From positions 1 to 64,000 of the IMG/VR virus record IMGVR_UViG_3300027754_000069: a DNA stretch of 64,000 bases; one strand, given 5' to 3'. This stretch comes from a virus. The notes under the pieces were generated by a model. That model was not told where the DNA came from. It did not search any database and saw nothing but the letters and a program-made list of their open reading frames with translations. Position 1 is the stretch's first letter, and every line of letters starts with the position of its first letter. The position numbers and the translations under genes were made by a program. Of this stretch, positions 62,430 through 64,000 are shown piece by piece.

Positions 62430-64000
62430 AATCTCACAGCTCGCTGTTGTGCAGCGAGGTCATCTAAGTTGATGATGTATCTTGATTCAATCTCACCACG
62501 AGGTGTATATTGATTGTTGATAAAGTTTGGTACGTTAGTCGAAGTTAACAAAGTTTCTCTGGCTACGATCTCACAGAACCATAATGCCATCACGGCATCC
62601 ATCTTGAGTTTCTTGCCTTGTACTCCTGGTTGCCAGGTTACTAATTGTTCTATTAACTTTTTGACGTGTTCATTCTTCGAGCTGTCTGGTAATTCAATTA
62701 AGTTATCATCAGCATGCTTGAAGTTGTTCATGACTCCATCTCGCTTAGTGAGGGAGCCGAACAGTGGAGCCAGAGAGGCAACGCCAAACTCTGGATCCTG
62801 TTTATTATTTCCTGTGTAGTGAGGTCTATAACTAATACCTCGGGTCGACAGGAAGTTACGAATCTCTTCGTCTTGTGTAAGGAAAAGCTGAAAAGCATTT
62901 GATTCCACAATGACCGTATGCGGTTTATACGCATCGGTCCATTCCCTGATAAGAGAACGAATTGCTGCAGGTGTAGGAGCTGTCATGATGTGAACATCTA
63001 AGACGTAGCGTTTATGTGACCTGCGGTCAACCGCATAGGCGATAGCAGCGGTATCACCAGACATTGCTGGGTCGATACCTATGACCCTGTAAAAGTTCTC
63101 AGGGTTGTTGGGATGTCCTGCTGCGCCTGCAACCAATGCACCCGATTTTCTCATTCCGTTGACTGCGCCTCTGACGCATGTCGGGTCGAAGATTGCATTC
63201 TCCGCAATATCGAGGTTCTGGTATACCAGCGACCACTTAGATGGTCCTGCCTCATTACGGACCGCCGTTAGACGCGGTCCTGTCCATCGATCAAACAAAC
63301 CATTCTCGTCGGGTACGTCAGTATCCGTAAGAGGTTGTTCGGTCTTTTCCCAAAGACATTTCCAGTCTTCAGGCTTGTCTGCATATTCTAAGACTGCAGG
63401 CATGGACAAATATGACCAAGGCAATGTGCCATCGGTGTAATGCTGTGGGTTGCGGAGTTCCTTATATAAGTCAACTGCTGATACTCGTGTGCCTACAACA
63501 AGAAGCTGCCCACCTCCTGGTGGTAGGCGTGAAGCAACTTCTTGTCGAATCCACTCTTGTTGCTTAGCCCACTCTGAAGCATTACTCAGAGTGACTACGT
63601 CGTCAAGAACGATTAAGTCTGCACGGTTTCCGTAAACCTGCCCGCCCATACCGATAGCTTCGACTGAAGGGTCTTTAGCATCGTTATCGCGGATGTCGCC
63701 ACCAAGATAGATCTTGGTTGCTGACCACTGGTCTGCAGTAGCTTTGTATCCATCTGCTGGACCAAAAGCTGCCTGAAGGTCAGCGTACCTCGGATGCGTC
63801 AAGCGTTGCTTGATCGCATACAAAAACTTCTTTGCCTGCTCCTGGGTCTTGGAGATAACCATGACCGAGATGTTAGGATTCTTAACCAGACGGTAGGTGA
63901 CGTAGTTAATTGTGATCGTCATTGTCTTGGCGTGGTTAGGGGGTACGTTTACAAGAAGGCGGGATAAGCCCGCCGACCCCTTTTCGTAGACCATGCTTTC
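62426..64000 (-). CDS. terL: Terminase large subunit (unit B, 5' end outside window)
   Basis: Homologue of 21631..23520 with the same ATPase/nuclease motifs. Confidence 0.92.
   Translation of the reverse strand, partial: ESMVYEKGSAGLSRLLVNVPPNHAKTMTITINYVTYRLVKNPNISVMVISKTQEQAKKFLYAIKQRLTHPRYADLQAAFGPADGYKATADQWSATKIYLGGDIRDNDAKDPSVEAIGMGGQVYGNRADLIVLDDVVTLSNASEWAKQQEWIRQEVASRLPPGGGQLLVVGTRVSAVDLYKELRNPQHYTDGTLPWSYLSMPAVLEYADKPEDWKCLWEKTEQPLTDTDVPDENGLFDRWTGPRLTAVRNEAGPSKWSLVYQNLDIAENAIFDPTCVRGAVNGMRKSGALVAGAAGHPNNPENFYRVIGIDPAMSGDTAAIAYAVDRRSHKRYVLDVHIMTAPTPAAIRSLIREWTDAYKPHTVIVESNAFQLFLTQDEEIRNFLSTRGISYRPHYTGNNKQDPEFGVASLAPLFGSLTKRDGVMNNFKHADDNLIELPDSSKNEHVKKLIEQLVTWQPGVQGKKLKMDAVMALWFCEIVARETLLTSTNVPNFINNQYTPRGEIESRYIINLDDLAAQQRAVRL

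Larger units (their letters stand above)
40636..64000 (-). mobile_element. Phage unit B: virion module of a related but distinct phage (partial)
   Basis: Gene-for-gene colinear homologues of 82..23520 (holin to terminase), diverged in sequence, GATC common. Confidence 0.85.

Noticed and set aside
530-63635. Numerous plus-strand and alternative-frame ORFs overlapping the virion and replication genes
   Set aside because: Shadow ORFs of real genes; their apparent conservation between units (e.g. 20675..20977 and 61469..61771) follows from the main-frame conservation
82-64000. Recent segmental duplication of the structural module within one genome
   Set aside because: The copies differ at many synonymous and amino-acid sites, have different tail cassettes and opposite GATC signatures
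1-64000. tRNA/rRNA genes, prophage att sites or host flanking DNA
   Set aside because: No cloverleaf or T-loop motifs noticed in the few intergenic spaces, no integrase and no bacterial housekeeping genes

Overview
The whole window is phage DNA with podovirus-like gene order. A WhiB gene and a low GC content (roughly 43% by eye) suggest a freshwater actinobacterial host (inference). It contains two related but distinct units. Unit A (1..40635) looks like one complete, circularly permuted 40,547-bp genome, because bases 1..88 recur exactly at 40548..40635. It has a minus-strand virion module (terminase, portal, internal/LysM proteins, scaffold, capsid, adaptor, fibres, holin), a plus-strand early region (GP88, DUF932, small ORFs), a minus-strand replication/regulation module and a tail nozzle/endolysin block. 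Unit B (40636..64000) is a second, colinear but diverged virion module with a different receptor-binding cassette, truncated inside terL. By manual scan unit A has no GATC while unit B has about 70, so the units most likely come from two different phages (chimeric assembly or recombinant/concatemer). Comparing them reveals a covariation-supported pseudoknotted RNA leader ahead of the scaffold-capsid operon. Unit A also has a covarying hairpin repeat heading early-gene cassettes, and two replication enzymes (primase, Cas4/RecB-like exonuclease) each split around an inserted gene. One insert is a proteasome-beta/HslV-like Ntn hydrolase. Family assignments come from motif recognition, not database searches.
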